Positions 15,506 to 31,145 of a stretch of DNA of 64,000 nucleotides are shown one piece after another (the stretch's first letter is position 1; the number at the start of each line of letters is the position of its first letter). The DNA lies in contig CM022669.1 in NCBI GenBank assembly GCA_012295275.1, positions 15,128,001-15,192,000 of the forward strand, given 5' to 3'. A program made the position numbers and the translations under genes. Under the pieces are notes generated by a model. The model did not search any database. It was not told where the DNA came from and saw only the letters and a program-made list of their open reading frames with translations. Source of the DNA: Chrysomallon squamiferum. Lineage: Eukaryota; Animalia; Mollusca.

Positions 15506-15604
15506 CAGTATTTGTGTACTGGTATATTTTATACATTACGAGTTAACTGACATATATAAACACTTAACTCGTAATGTATAATATATACCAGTACACAAAT
15601 ACTG
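15506..15604. repeat. Near-perfect inverted repeat (41-bp arms, 17-nt loop)
   Basis: CAGTATTTGTGTACTGGTATATTTTATACATTACGAGTTAA (15506-15546) pairs with TTAACTCGTAATGTATAATATATACCAGTACACAAATACTG (15564-15604) with one mismatch. Confidence 0.92.
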
Positions 15605-15645
15605 TAGAGTATATATATATAACAACTTAACTCGAATAGTATAAC

Positions 15646-15870
15646 TACGTAACCAACATAGTTTAATTCGAGCAATTTAAACTAATATGATGAATTTCAA
15701 CTTATATGTATTTAAGTTAAATTTCATAATATTAAATATATATATATATATATAGTAAGTTAACTCGAACAAAAAATATTTAATATTATGAAATTCGACT
15801 TTAATATATTATAAGTCGAAATTCATGATATTGGCTTAAATTGTTCGAATTAAATGATGTTCTTTACGTA
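15646..15870. repeat. Imperfect long inverted repeat (~95-bp arms, ~36-nt spacer)
   Basis: 15646-15739 (tacgtaaccaacatagtttaattcgagcaatttaaac...tttcataatattaaatat) aligns to the reverse complement of 15776-15870 at roughly 80% identity by eye. Confidence 0.85.
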
Positions 15871-16018
15871 TATATACGATATGACAATATAATACAGTTA
15901 CAACAACAAGAAGAAAAGAGAAAGAGTGTGACGTCAATGTAATTCAAATTTTGCTTCTTCGACTTAATTACATTTGAAATTATATATTAAAAATTATAAT
16001 GATTTTCACTTGTGAACG

Positions 16019-16056
<38 letters not shown>

Positions 16057-18577
16057 ATGTTTAAAATGTTGTAAGAAAAATAAAAGTTTATATAATTCTA
16101 GTACAGTGAGAGTTACTGAATTCCTGGTTTTCACTATACAGCGAGAAGACGTTTAAGCAATGCTTTTTTTTTATGACATATGACATTAATAAAAAAAATA
16201 TATATATATAAAAAAATAAACTTCAAAAATATCTTTCTCAAATGTCTGGTTTTTCGACATCGGTTGACAAATGGCAGATATTTATGTGTATATCATATAA
16301 TATATTAGCTTTGAATTATCACAGTATAGCAGTATTGGTACGCGGTTTTTCTTCTTCTCTTTTTTCCTGAAGATATTTAATGATTTTCGCTGTGACAGGT
16401 TTGTTTTTCTATGCCAAGGATAACTTTGATTGAAAAATTATGTTTCTTCTTAAAAGAAACTTATAAGTTAAAGTTGACGGTTCTTCATAGTTTATGGTGC
16501 TAAAATGTTAGTGAAACTTAATTGTGAAGAAACTAATTGAGAGATTTAATTTCGTCCGGTTTGCTGAATGTTTCTTGTATTCATTCGACGCTTTGTATAC
16601 CACCGGTTTGCCAACGACTCTTTTCATCTGTTTCATGGGAATAGCGTTAAAAAAAAAAAAAAAAAATCCTAGTTATATGACTCACAATCTTCATGATGCT
16701 GATGTTAAAAAAACGCATTTTAAAAGAATCCCTGCATCTCTCTGCATGTTATTCAGGATCTCAAGATGTTAGCATTTTAATGCCTGTTGAATTTACAATG
16801 AGCTGTATACATTAAACGTACGGTCAGAAAAAAAAAAAATAATAATTTTTAGAATCCCACGTCGTTCTGCAATCAAACTAACAAACACATCGTCTTTGTC
16901 AAAGACTTCACTGCCACTGTTGACACGGTTACATTAAATCAGTTTTGTTAGGCATTTTTAATTAGTCCTTCTGGAATCGTAATCAAGTGATAAAGAATAG
17001 TTTCACATCGCACTGCAGGCTCGAAATGAAAGCTGTTGTATTTCTTTATTAAGAAAAAAAAGGCGTTTCATTTTTATCACCAACATTTCTTCATCACCAA
17101 TCACATCCATTGATAGTTCTGTTTAAAAATAGACAAAACGATTTTCATAAACATCAAAGTTACATGCTTGAGAGATAAAAAGAATGAATAATGAATATTT
17201 GTTTTGTTTGAAAAAAATCTAAGTAATTATTTTAATATTACAACGATCATTTGGTATCACTTTTGGGCAAAAATTATTTATAAAGGAGATAATCAAACTG
17301 TTTATTTACCTGCTTAAATATATTTTAATATAAAACAGTTTTCGCTTTTTAACTATTTCATATATTATAGCAATCTCGTGTTATTTTCGGTGTAGTGTTT
17401 ACAGAATTATCTAAATGAGATAACACAACTATTTATTTAACATCACCTAAACATATTTTAATATTAACAATAATTTGATATTGTTTTTGTAGTATGATGT
17501 TATGCGAAAGAAGTAGCCCAGTGTATCTTCTGTTATCAGTTAACAGCAGGGGATATTTCATATGCACATTCTCAGAAACATAAGTCATTTCTAATTGGAA
17601 AGATAAGTTAAAATATATTAAACTGGTTACAGTTTAAGATTGAAAAAAAACACCCACAGAATACAAAATTAACGCCTCTATATATAACAAATTATCATGA
17701 CTGTTCATTTTTGATCATAGAAGCGAAGAACATCGTTAAGTGTAACGAACGAGAAATATATTTGAATTATCTACAAATGATTTAAAACGATAAAGATTTT
17801 GGTCGTACACACTTTTTTGATGTTTCCAAAAATCTAATCTTAATTATTTTTTATTATTATTATTATTTTTTTAAACTTCATCATTACTTTTGGCATTTTC
17901 CTGATTATTATTTTTAAAACGTTTCTTTCTGACACTGAAAGATACAGCAAATATTTTACTTCAAGTGAGAAGTTAAAAATAGCTTTAGGTTAAGAAGACC
18001 AGATCAGTTTCACCAGACGTAGAAAGGTTTTTAATGTCTTGTGGATCGAACAGAAGAGCGACGGGCATTGCACATTTTACTACTGTGTAATGAATAAAAT
18101 ATAACCATCGCGTAGTAATCAGCTGTACGGAACATGACTTCAGAAACGCATCTAAACATCATTAATGTTGCACTGGGTGCCGTGCGTAAAAGCCGTGGTG
18201 TAATGAAGTAGCTGAGAAATAAGCGATTTGTTAACAACGACAGCGACAATAACATCTTCAAAATAATGCCTTCATCATCAGCAGCACAACCACCATCCAG
18301 AGCAACAGTTATATATATATATTTTTATATATATTGTAAATACGGTTAAAATGAATCTTTTTATCGCAAAATGCTAATATTGCTTTGCCGTAGACACTAA
18401 ATCAGGAGAAATTCGGTTCGTCTACAGCCAGAACCGCGTTATTGCTGATTGTTCAGGTATTGCTGATGCTTATGGCTGTGTCTGAATTTGATTACTGATA
18501 CACATGCCGAAATAAATAAAAGGAGGATGGAAATGAAATGAATAAATGAACAAGCAATTAATTACAGAAAATACTTG

Positions 18578-18578
<1 letters not shown>

Positions 18579-18668
<90 letters not shown>

Positions 18669-18715
18669 GAAGAAGAAGAAGAAGAAGAAGAACAACAACA
18701 ACGACGACGACGACA
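18579..18715. repeat. Compound trinucleotide repeat (AAT)n(AGA)n(ACA)n(ACG)n
   Basis: Direct observation. Confidence 0.95.
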
Positions 18716-19423
18716 AATATAAAGGACATCAATAATTAGAAATATATTCAAAATTGTGAAATTAACGAACATTTTGCCCATTTCGTTGACAGGTTGATTG
18801 TCGGTCTGTTTCTGTTTAGCTGGTTGCTTGTCTTTTTGATTGACAGGTTTTGTATTTCTTGCATTTTTGTTTTGTTTCTTTGTTTGGGTGCCTGGATATT
18901 AAACGAAGACAAGAAACACGTAATTATTGACAAAATAACAGACTAACAATCTGACAACTATTTTTTTTATAACAAACAAGAAATGACCGTTATGAAGTAG
19001 ATAATTCCTTCTTTTTTTCTTGAGACCACTCAATCTAGATAAACGTGCATGACATTTCAAACGACAATCTGCTTATCTTTATACGATCACTTCACAAACA
19101 AAAAATAGACTCTATATCATCTTTGTTCGAGATATTTTTTTTATTCCCGTACACGACAGTAAAACAAAAATCAGGGATGAATACATAGGACAGCACAGAG
19201 GAACGATAATTCATTAACATATGGTATGTAGGATCAAATCTCTTTTGTGGATCAGTGTGTTTTTGCATGTCATTGACAGCGTACCGTGTTCTAACAAATT
19301 CTGTAATATATGCTTCTCTGTCTATAGAATATAGGATAAGTCTGTAAGAGTAGTTCGAGGAATTAATGTATTATCAAACAAATACTCATTTAGAGAGATA
19401 GAAAGACTGAGATAGATAAACAC

Positions 19424-19546
<123 letters not shown>

Positions 19547-20039
19547 CACGCAAACAATATATCAAAATACGTGAAAACGAGAAGCTAAAACATTTGAACC
19601 GCGTCCGCCCATCATTCCGCAACTATTCCGCAATACGTATTTACATATTATACATGTGTGGGCTGCGGTTTTCATCTCGCAGGTTTACTAAAATGATAAG
19701 CACCTGTTGTGTTCAGGAAGCATTCTTCAGACCCTGAAAACAGCTAGAATGTCTGAGTTATGTAAACTTGTATCACAGCCGAGCGATTAAACTTTTATCT
19801 GGCAAAACCTGCAGAAAGACGTTTCATAGAAATTTCCTGGATTTTGTTGCAGTTACTGAAAAGTGATATCGCTATGTGTTATAATGTGGTTACCAGAACA
19901 GTTGTTTGATAATAAACAACGTTGTAGGCTCTGTCATATACATCATATCAGCAGCCACAACAACAACAACAACAACACTGGCAACTAGTGTAACCACTGA
20001 GATGTGCGAACTATGGATGACAGCGATAAGAGATTAGTG

Positions 20040-20092
20040 TCGACATTTCCCGTTCCAGCCAGTGCCTCGCGAATTCTTTAACAAAGGTTGTG
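20040..20092 (+). mobile_element. Degenerate interspersed (SINE-like) repeat fragment
   Basis: Core atttcccgttccagccagtgcc is shared with ttttctcattccagacagtgct (~54454) and attttccattccagtcggtacc (~46301). The SINE assignment comes from recalled similarity to gastropod tRNA-derived repeats and is not verified. Confidence 0.35.
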
Positions 20093-20995
20093 TTTTGTAC
20101 TTTCCTTTTTTTGTCTCTCTCTTTCTTCCTCTCGCCCCCTCTCTCTCTATTTATATACGTATTATATGAGACAAGACAAAGGAATAAACTAATACTAAAG
20201 AACTCAGTGTAAGGCAATTCAATGCGTTGCAGAACAAAAGAATGTAGTGAAAGTCAGTACAGTACAGTGCAATAAAATGTAATAACATTAAACACAGAGC
20301 AAAATGGCTGATTCATTTTAAATGACATAATGTTTGAAGAGACAGATTACCGCAAATTCTGCAGCGAAATTAAATGGCAATAAATCGTAAACCTGTAATG
20401 AATATCATAGAAACAAATTAAATTGCTCTACGAGCACTAAATAAAAATCGATTTTAAATATTTCATGCAGCATTGCGTAATTTGTTCAACATTGCCTGGT
20501 GGTCACGAACTTAGAATTCTAACGATATTACGACATTGGACGTTAATGATATTGAACGATAACGTGTGAACTGCAATAATAAGATTTTTTTTTTTTTTTT
20601 TAATAAATAATTCCTTGTGTACAGAATTATACAATAAACGAAACAAAGAAAATCCTTTGCTGCAGTTGGAGGTCAAATTTGTCTTACCCTTTTTGCCTTA
20701 TTGCTATTTGATTGGCTGATGTCAAATAAAAACAAGCAGTCTATTGATCCGTACACCGGCCTATTGGCCTTGGTTGATTGAGCGAGGGAAGATTATAACA
20801 TCTGACAAGTGGAGCAGTCGCTGAACTGACAGCTAAATTGGCAAGAAGGTTGTGGTTCTGGCGACCAAGCATACAAGGTCATGTTCTCTTCGTCTTATTT
20901 TCGTTTGTTTGTTTGCTTTTATACTGCTAACACTAATTTGACTTCAAACTGTATTGCCATGTGTTATTATTGCTGTGTGTTTATCTGATTCGGGC

Positions 20996-21141
<146 letters not shown>

Positions 21142-21572
21142 CCTGTCTGTCCCTCCCTCTAAACTATTAGTATGGGTCTGTTACATTTATTATAATCGAG
21201 ATAAAAAGCAAAGACAAACCTACGTTATATTTCAGGCAGTCACAGACCGGAACATTTCCACAGAAATGGTTTTTATTTTATTCTGCAAAGTGATCACCGA
21301 AAAAGATCGCACACACTCACAATAAAATGAAAGGAAAATTTTAAATAACCTTTCACTTAAACGAAATAACACATAAAACGGGATAATAAAACCGGTCATG
21401 AAGTAAATTAGCTGGTTGCAGCAGAATTTATTGCGACACTTTTGGTTTCGTCAGAAAATATTTCATTGCAGCTGTCCAATTCCAGTCTCGTGAATGTAAG
21501 CAGAAGCAGTTTATTCCGAATTACATAATCTTCAGTACTTTAAGCTTTTTTTTTAATGCTATTTCATTCTCG

Positions 21573-21607
<35 letters not shown>

Positions 21608-21741
21608 CAAATCGAACAGAAATGTATCCTTTGCACTCTACAAGAAATATTTATTTAAAGCGAAACGTTAGGGCAGAAATCTAAACAGATTATAAGCAAC
21701 AACAGAAAGAATAATAAAGATATCTGACAAACTTGTGTCTA

Positions 21742-21875
<134 letters not shown>

Positions 21876-22485
21876 GCAAACAGTTCAGTTCAACAGTGTC
21901 AGACTAAAACAGTAAATAGCTTCTAGATAATGACATAAATTATGTTAATGACTTTTAAACGGGGCTAAAGACGTATTTGTTTGTTTTGTATTATAGGAGT
22001 TGTATATTATTGTTTTTCAAATTATTACGCTATAACATTATTTTTGGAATGTTTTGATGTATTCGCCAGTCTATTTTGTGTTTGATGTGCTTGGAAAAAC
22101 TCAGTATTTTGGCATCCTAATCGGCAAACATACACATTTGTGACGACTTTTTCAAAAGTTCTGTATTTTGTTAAAGGTGTCCACTGTTTTGTAGACAGTT
22201 TATTATTATTATTCTTAAATAAATAAATAAATAAATAAATAAGAAAGAAGTCGACAAATTAGATGAAGGTATTATTTAGTCATCTGCAAATTTCATTAAA
22301 CTAAAAGTGACAGGGTTAAACAACGGAATCCTCCATCCAACTGCATTGCGCTTAATCAACTCAAGAAGCTTTCTCCGGTTTAACAAGATTAACAACGGGT
22401 GATCCGCGTTTTAGACGTAAACTTTAACAGGCGATCCATTTCTCTGATGTTTATCGACACAATATTAGCTCCCCCTGTTTGACAC

Positions 22486-22499
22486 CTGCCCCCTGGTGG
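22486..22499 (-). promoter_or_regulatory. Candidate CTCF binding site
   Basis: Minus strand reads CCACCAGGGGGCAG, a full match to the CTCF core CCASYAGRKGGCRS and unlikely by chance in such AT-rich DNA. Binding is untested. Confidence 0.5.
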
Positions 22500-24155
22500 T
22501 GAACAGACGAGGCCGGGACCCGTATTGCTGATACACCATAGGAACAGGACCACATGTTCCGAAAATCGAAAGGGAATAATTTACAGTGAGATCTGAGGTT
22601 GTTTATTTACGCTCACAAATCTACACGTAACATCTGTCGGAAGGTATTTTCGTAAATTTTTTTTTTTTTTTTTTTTTTCATGGGATAGTTTCTGTTACAA
22701 CATCCCTGAAAAACACTTGTTACGTCACTGAAATAAGACTCACGTGCGTCTCTTTCACGTCCTAGCATGACGTCTGTTTGTGCAGCAGAGTCTGAAGCAG
22801 TGCGAGCGAAAGTGATCTTTTTTAATTTGTTTGTTACGCAACACGTAACACCGCGTCTGATGAGCTTTGTTGCGTGTTTGTGTTGCAGTCTTCCTTTCAA
22901 CATGACAGACACTCGCCTGCGGAGTTTTTCCACCTTAGAAGTTAGAGCACCTCCTGAATCCAGTCACTAGATACAAAGACCTGACTGCATTGTCTGAACT
23001 TACTTTACGTTAAAGTGCCAGTAACTATTTAATATGAACTAACCATTATGTTAGGTAGCATGTCTTAGAGTGGAAAAAAAAAATAAAAAAATAAAAAAAT
23101 CCTATGTACAGAAATCAGCTATAGTCCCAAAGATAGCCATACCTGACCATCTTCTGAACTGGAAGGACGCTAGCAACAATTAATATATCCATAGACAACA
23201 TTATATATAACGATGATAATGAAGACGAGATATAGGAAGTGAAGAAGAAAGAATGAAGGGAAATGCTGTTACTGTTTTTGTGGGGTTTTTTGTATGATGT
23301 TGACGATGATGGTGCTGATCAAAAAATAAAATCGTTATATTTTTTTTCCCCAGTGCTAACACTCCCATAAACAACAAGAATAAAAAAATACATAAAACCA
23401 CTCTAACTAAATACAGACTTAATCGCTCTCTTCCTTTATTCGCATGCTGAAGGCAAATCATTCATTATTTTCCTTGCGTCGTGTTTCACAAACTTGTACT
23501 GATCGAGGTTTAGTCCGCAGGTCTTTGTCAAAGTACTGGAAGCATGCCATTTGTCTCCTGTCGTTGTCTTACAGCTAAATGGATATCACACAAACGTCTA
23601 CCTTTCACAGACCAGACTTGGTTTTCATCAGTCCCCACCAAAAACAGACTAATTGTTTGTGTTTCGAGTCCAGGCGAACGAGATCTCTGTTTTTGTGAGA
23701 ATAATTTCTCTGTTAATGCGGTGTGGAGATAGATTTCGTAAAAAAAAATGATTATTTCATGACCAAAATACAAGTTGTTTTTTTCTTCTGTTATCGGCTA
23801 ATTTGATATATTAAAAAGCACAAAGTTAAAGTCGAGTATTTAAGTCGAATGTAACAGCTGGTGGTTTGAATCGTTCTTTTTGAAAAGTATTCCTTTTTTG
23901 AACACGTGCAGTTAAGCACATGTGGGTTTTTTGGGGGGGAATACAACTGCAATAGCAATATAATTATTTTTGTATGTTGTTTGTTTTAGTTTCAAAAATG
24001 TGTGTTTGTATATGTAGGTGTGTATGTTTTAAATGCTGGGAAATAAATGAAAGAATAATAGTTTTTTCCCTATGCGCATTTAGAAGTTATGAAAAAAGAA
24101 AGTAAGAAAGACGGGGCTTGAGAGAGATAGATAGATAGACAGACAGACAGACAAA

Positions 24156-24281
<126 letters not shown>

Positions 24282-24909
24282 CAACAAAAAACATGAACAA
24301 CAATAAAATCAGATAAATAAGGAAGAAAAAAGTTATTTTTAACATAATGTGTTACGATTAACAATCGCATTGATTATACAAGGATGTTTTTATTTTTATT
24401 GCTATTTTTGATTTTTTTTTTTGCCTCTCTTAGTATTTCATCTGTTACACAAATTACTTACTTCATCTCTATAGCTAACTACGGCCATTTTATTTTTAGT
24501 TAACTTTGAAAACGTCATCTGTGAAACTTCACTTAGCTTCTTAGAGGCTGCATTAATGAAGACTATAGAACTGTTTGATTAAGACCCCACGCCAGACAGT
24601 CTAAGCCAATTATTCTTGTCTCTCTCCGTTAGACGACGTCTGCAACGTCGTACATTTCAGCCTGTAACACAACACAGTTCATTTAATTAGCACGTATATC
24701 GAATCTGTCAATTAAACTCATCTGCTACAATCACGATTTCTGAGAAAACACGATAATTATAATTTGTGCGCTGCCGTTATTAGTGGGTAAAACAAGAAAT
24801 ATGAATAAATTTGAAACAGGATCAGATCTTTTACAAGTTGTTAAAAAATGTTTGACACGGTTCGATATTCCTCAGTTGGAAATTCATGACGAAAAATCTT
24901 GCGTAATGC

Positions 24910-25026
<117 letters not shown>

Positions 25027-25237
25027 CTGAGAAACACAAACAGATAATAAAACACTATATTACAGTTTGAAGGCAAATTACTGTTAAGCAGGAGAGAGAA
25101 AGCAACCCTTATAAATTAGTAACGTATTTATATGCACGTATTGAAAGACAACAAACAACGGCCTTGAAAAAGCAGTCATAGCTAGAACGAGAAACAAACC
25201 AAAGGGCGTAACAAGCAGAGTTGATCTGCAGTTCATC

Positions 25238-25281
<44 letters not shown>

Positions 25282-26685
25282 AATAATAAACTGAGAAAAA
25301 TGAACCGAGAAAATACCAAAACAAAAACCTTTTAACAAAATACATTTAGCAAACAACCACAACAGCAATGCTACTACTACAAATAATAATAACATCTACG
25401 AGCAGCAACAGTGACGGTGACGATGTTGACGATATCCTTAAAGAACAGCAGTGATAACAACAACAACGATCAAAGACGATGACGTTACAAATAATATCAG
25501 AAACAACAAAATAACAACAATAACAAGAACAATTCAAACAACCAGTAATGAAATAATCAAGGAACATTTACATCTACTTTCTACTTTTGTGGTGTGATTA
25601 TTTCGAATTACGGCTTACGTTATAACGTTCCGTTTATTTCAGCACAGCAGAGAAATGGGATCGCTTAGCTCGGAGTACATGGGACACTGATTACCCTACT
25701 TATCTTCACGTAAACTCTCGTAATGGTCTACTGTAGTAAATGAATCCACACAAGTTTAGTCCAAGTACGGTAAACTTGATTGAGAACGTCTAGTGAGTTG
25801 ACCTACTGCTCGAACGCGGTGCTCTCTCTAATATGGAGAAAATTACCGCTGAACCACGACCTCGGAAATCGATAATTGATTATTCTCTCTTCATCCCAGC
25901 GGTAAAGACTATTACATTATTGCAAACAGTAGAGTTCCTTACAGTTAAATATGTTTGTTTTATGCGATCACTAACTAAACGTTGGCCAGTGTATAGTTTC
26001 AACTGTTTGCTAACAAAGCGTGTTTTACATAATGCAGTTATCTTTGAAATCAAAACAAAACAAACAAAAAATATAAATGGTAGCTAAACTTTTCTTTTCC
26101 ATATCAGGACGATGTACTGGGTAATAAAACGTCAGTAGTGGATTAAAATTACTTCTTTTTCGTAATTTGTTTTTTCTTCTTCGTTTACGAACAAACTGAA
26201 ATAGAAATATAGTAAACTGCTATAACCACTATCTCGGTTTTTAAATGCTATTAAACTCTTTTATTGTTTTCACCTTTCTACGAACTGTTAGTATCTACTT
26301 TTGCATTTTAAACATGTTTATCTGTTTACAGCTCGGTAAGCTGAAACTGTTTATAACGTTTCTTTAACATAATAAGAAAATCACTGACGTAATAAACACG
26401 CGCACACGCACACGCATGCACACACGCACACAACTCGTAATCACAGATAATTAAGAGAAAGAGAGACATACAGAGATAAAGAAACAGCAAGAGAAATAAT
26501 CAGAGAGAGAGAGAGAGAGAGAGATACACACAGCAAAATAAAGAATCAGAGAGAGTGATTGAGAGAGATATATAGAGAGATAGAGAGATAGAGAGAGAGT
26601 GAGAGAGATACAACAGCAAAAGAAAGAATCAGAAAGAGAGAGAGAGAGACGCACACAAACACACACACACACACACACACACAAA

Positions 26686-26736
<51 letters not shown>

Positions 26737-27556
26737 ATAACTATTTGACACTGGCTAAGTCGCTTTCGTTTTCTCTGGTACCACAAACATCTTCGTACAA
26801 GGCAAGTCGCCAGCCGAAAGTCTTTATTCAGATTATTTCTCCGTCAGGGTGAGAGCGAGGACCGCGTCAATAAACACAGCTTCGCGATATAGATGGCGAG
26901 TAATTGAATTATGGTGTGCAACAGTTGCCAGGAACAGAAGGGTTGGACAACGTCTTCGACCTCCACGTCAGTCAGCGAAGTCACGCCACGCCGTGTTTAC
27001 GCCGATTTAATGCTTCGTCTTGCTGGGATCGGAGCGTGCTGCGGTGCATGCTAATTAAGAATACAAGCGCTGCTACACGTGCTTTTACAAATGCATTAAT
27101 TTCACAGCTGGAGCGGGCCCGCTGAAAATGACAAGTTAACCGAACATCGGCAGCGTGTAAATATCACTTGTCACTTTCACCTGACAGGTCGGGTTCCGCG
27201 GAACAAGAGAGACACGATTTTAGTTGGATCGTTTTTATGGAAATTTTCCCCAGACAAGCTTATCGTCCATCATTATTAGTCGGTGCAGTAAACGACGTGT
27301 AAAAATCTGAAGATTAAATCCTCGTCCTTTTTGCAATGATGTTTGTTAAATGTGGTCTTTAATGAGTCTTTTTTTTAAAAAAAAACCTTACTTTGATTCT
27401 GTGACGATAAGGCTATAGTGTAAGTACGTATTTTATGTTTTCGTTTGATTGTTACGTTTCACTAACGTTTCATAATAATAAAGTATGACGAAAAATAAGA
27501 CAGAAACGTTTATATGTTGTTTTCATTTCTTTATTATCAGAAAATCAATAACAAAC

Positions 27557-27597
<41 letters not shown>

Positions 27598-29038
27598 ACA
27601 CAAAAGAAAAGAAAGGAAAACAAAAAACCCAAGAAAGAGGAACAACAGCAGCAAAAAACCCACATCCCACAATAAATAAAAATAAAAATAAAATAAAATA
27701 AAAATAATAAAAATAAAAAAAAAAAATAAAATAAATAAAATAAATAAATAAAATAAATAAATAAATAAATAAATAAAAAACAAATAAAACTATCACTTGA
27801 AATATGCAAAATTCACTTTTCGTTCGTACCACCTTAATTACATTTTTATGTCACTAGTGCGTGAATTATTTAGAGTAGAACGTAACCACGAGTTATAACA
27901 ATTATGTTATCAGTTAAACAGTACAGACACATCTGAACATTTAAAGAAACACTATATTTCACGATACGAAATAATAATATTATATACACCACTTGACAGA
28001 AATAACTGCAGAGTATTTCACTTTAATAAATATCAGTGTTTTAATGATGATTAACTATGAAACGTATTGTTCACACAATTTGAAAAATCTCACGAGCCAT
28101 AACTTTTTTCACCGACTATATATAAAACTTTAATGACTTTGTTCTGTGCTATGATATCTTCCCTCGTCGTAAAGCAGTCTCTTTTTGAGATAAACACACA
28201 TCTCAAAGCACAATTAACTACACATTAACTAGCCATCTGTTGTTGAATCATAAACACAAATATTCTCCTCACCCTGAATAACGAAGGCCATAAAGTGTGA
28301 AGAAGCATAATGTTACCAAGTATTTCCGCTTTACACTTTGCCTGTTTTCAGTTAACATACGTAGAGATAGGGTTTTATCTGACCGTTTTAAACCGTGGGG
28401 AAACATGCAGGACTGTGTTGTTGAATCACTCACAAAGAAAGGTATATACACCAAGAATATACAAAATACAGCGTTTATTAGTATAGCTGTTTAGCTGTTG
28501 CGATGCTTTGGTGAAAGGTTGGTTAAGTTATCAGTTTGTGAGTCAGGGATTCTGGGATCAAAACTAAGTAGGAAATTCAAATTAAAACGCTAACAGATTA
28601 ATACTAACAATGCTTTACGTGGACAGCCAGGCACAGGGTTGCACGCCCAGAACATACGTGCTTTAATATTTACAGTATATGTATCAGACTTGGTTAACTT
28701 TCTAACACACTAACACTAAAATGTGTTCAAACAATCAACAGATGTTTGAGGATGATTTAAGAGGTTGAGCAAATGATAATAAACAAATAAATAAATAAAT
28801 AAATAAATAATAATGATTAAGTAAAGACGATGTTTTGGTTTAGGCTTTTTATACATGGGAGTAAATTGTAATATTTTAAGACTAAGTTGCTGATGGTATC
28901 ACAAAGGTCTTTGTAATATTTCAGTTTGAATAGCAGAAATGTAATTAATGGGTTTAGCATTGTTATTATCTAAGGGAACCATGCTTCCTTCTAAAAAGCA
29001 TATAAATCATTCACAGAGCAGATAGAAAGATATAGACA

Positions 29039-29092
<54 letters not shown>

Positions 29093-29095
29093 ATA

Positions 29096-29128
<33 letters not shown>

Positions 29129-30510
29129 CTAAATACTAAATTACAAATTAACAAGAACAGCAGAAATAACGATCACAAGCAAATACACCCGCACTCAGCC
29201 ATGTACATAGACCAAAACTCTCGAAACAAGGATTACGTCTTCAACAAACTGGCACGTTTCCACGTTCGTGTAAGAAGAGTTTAAACAAACAGCGGATCAG
29301 CGAAGTTCTCTGTGGTTAATTCATGCGACAGTGAATCATATTACTTTCCTCGCACTTTCACCAACAAACAAGAAACAGACGACGGTAAACTGAGACGTGC
29401 GTAACAAAATTTTACGCTAACTGTTTTCCTTCCCGCGCCTCGCACAGGCCAGGCAGCCTCCGACAGCTGATCAGCTTTTATTAAGTGACACCATTGGCCG
29501 CAGTTTCTCACAATTAACGCAAACGAAATCGAATTGTCGACGACTGAATCAGAAAATGGAAAGCAAACAGACATACGAATCGGTTTTTATTCATTCACGC
29601 CATCGGGCAAAGGTTCAGAAGGAAGTTCACGGCAAGCGCAAGCCGGAAACGTTACCGCTGACCGTCAAGTGCCACAAACGAAAAAACGGTCGTCTTAATC
29701 ACGCGACCGGGTTTTTTTTTGTTTGTTTCTTATTGTCGTCGTTTTTACGACGATCCATAGCTCGGAGATGAATATAAAAGCGTCTGGATTCTTTTTGTAG
29801 CGTCTTAAAAATACGTTTTTATTTAAATTATAGTAGTAGAGTTGATTATGTGACTGTCGGTGCGTTCATTTAATCCATGAGTTTTATTTCTGAAAACACT
29901 CTGTGGGTTTATCTGATATGGAATTAGTGAAGATTTTCGGATCAAATAACGTTATACTTCTATTGTGTTTGTTGTTTTTTGTTGTTTCTTTTGTTTGCTC
30001 TTTTTTCTTTCTTTCTTTCTTTCTTCTATTCTTTTTTGAATCAATATTTTGACCCTAACGTTTTCTTTGTACTGAAGTTTCATTCATTCGTTTATTCATT
30101 TGTTGTTGTAATCATCATCATCATCATCATTATTATTATTATTATTATTATTATTACTTTTAGTACTGGTACTATTGGTAGTAGCAGTAGTAGTAGTAGC
30201 AGCAATAGCAGCACTAGTAGTAGTAATAAAAAAAAAAATCAGCCAACACTCAAGAGATATCGTCTAAAGAAGAAACGTATATATCTGTTTAAGCAGATTA
30301 AATTGCCAGTCTCACATCATGCAGCCCTCTAAAGTGCTCTTTGGATGTTCCATTACGAAAACAAGAAAACTCATCAACTAAGCAAGCACCAGCATATTAA
30401 CAGTTTGTCTCTCGATGGATCCATACAAGTAAATTGCAATCGAATTCTTCTAACTGCTGCTAGTTCTTCGACACGAATACTTCAATTTAAACGACAGTGG
30501 CTCGTATACA

Positions 30511-30551
<41 letters not shown>

Positions 30552-31114
30552 CTCGGGGCTAACCTAACAGTTAAACAGGCGAAGAAGAAGAAGAAGATGA
30601 TAAATACTTTCTTGCTGGACGACGTTTGTTTTTTAACAGATCAATGTCTGGTTTGTTAAGCGGAAAATGCTTTATTGCAAATAGCAAGCACTTTGCGTCG
30701 TCTTATGTAAACCGCGAAATGAGTTGGACATCGAGTCTCCAGGCTTGCCTTATCGCTGAACCTGCTAAAAGTCGAATTGTTTGGACTGGATTTCGCCGTG
30801 TGTCTGTGTGTATCGATGCGTTTCTGTTTTTCAAACCGCCTGATCGGAATCGGTCTGGTTGCCACACGTTAGATAAAGATGCTGCTGTTGTAGATGACAA
30901 ATTGTGCAACGCTGTTGCCAGACGTCGATGATTTATGACCGCACTGATGATCAAACACTGTCGTGATGCGAGTGTTTGAACAGTTAGAAATGTTTTTTTA
31001 ATTTTACAGACGGTTGTAACGACGGCTTGAAAGTCGATGAGCTTATTTTGCTATGAAATTGCGAAGTGTAAATTTAAACTAGGAATATTAAACCAGAATT
31101 ACATGATTTTACTT

Positions 31115-31145
<31 letters not shown>

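Noticed and set aside
30626-30954. Overlapping 69-101 aa ORFs on both strands
   Set aside because: No domain signature or splice support; they are consistent with chance ORFs in a GC-richer patch.
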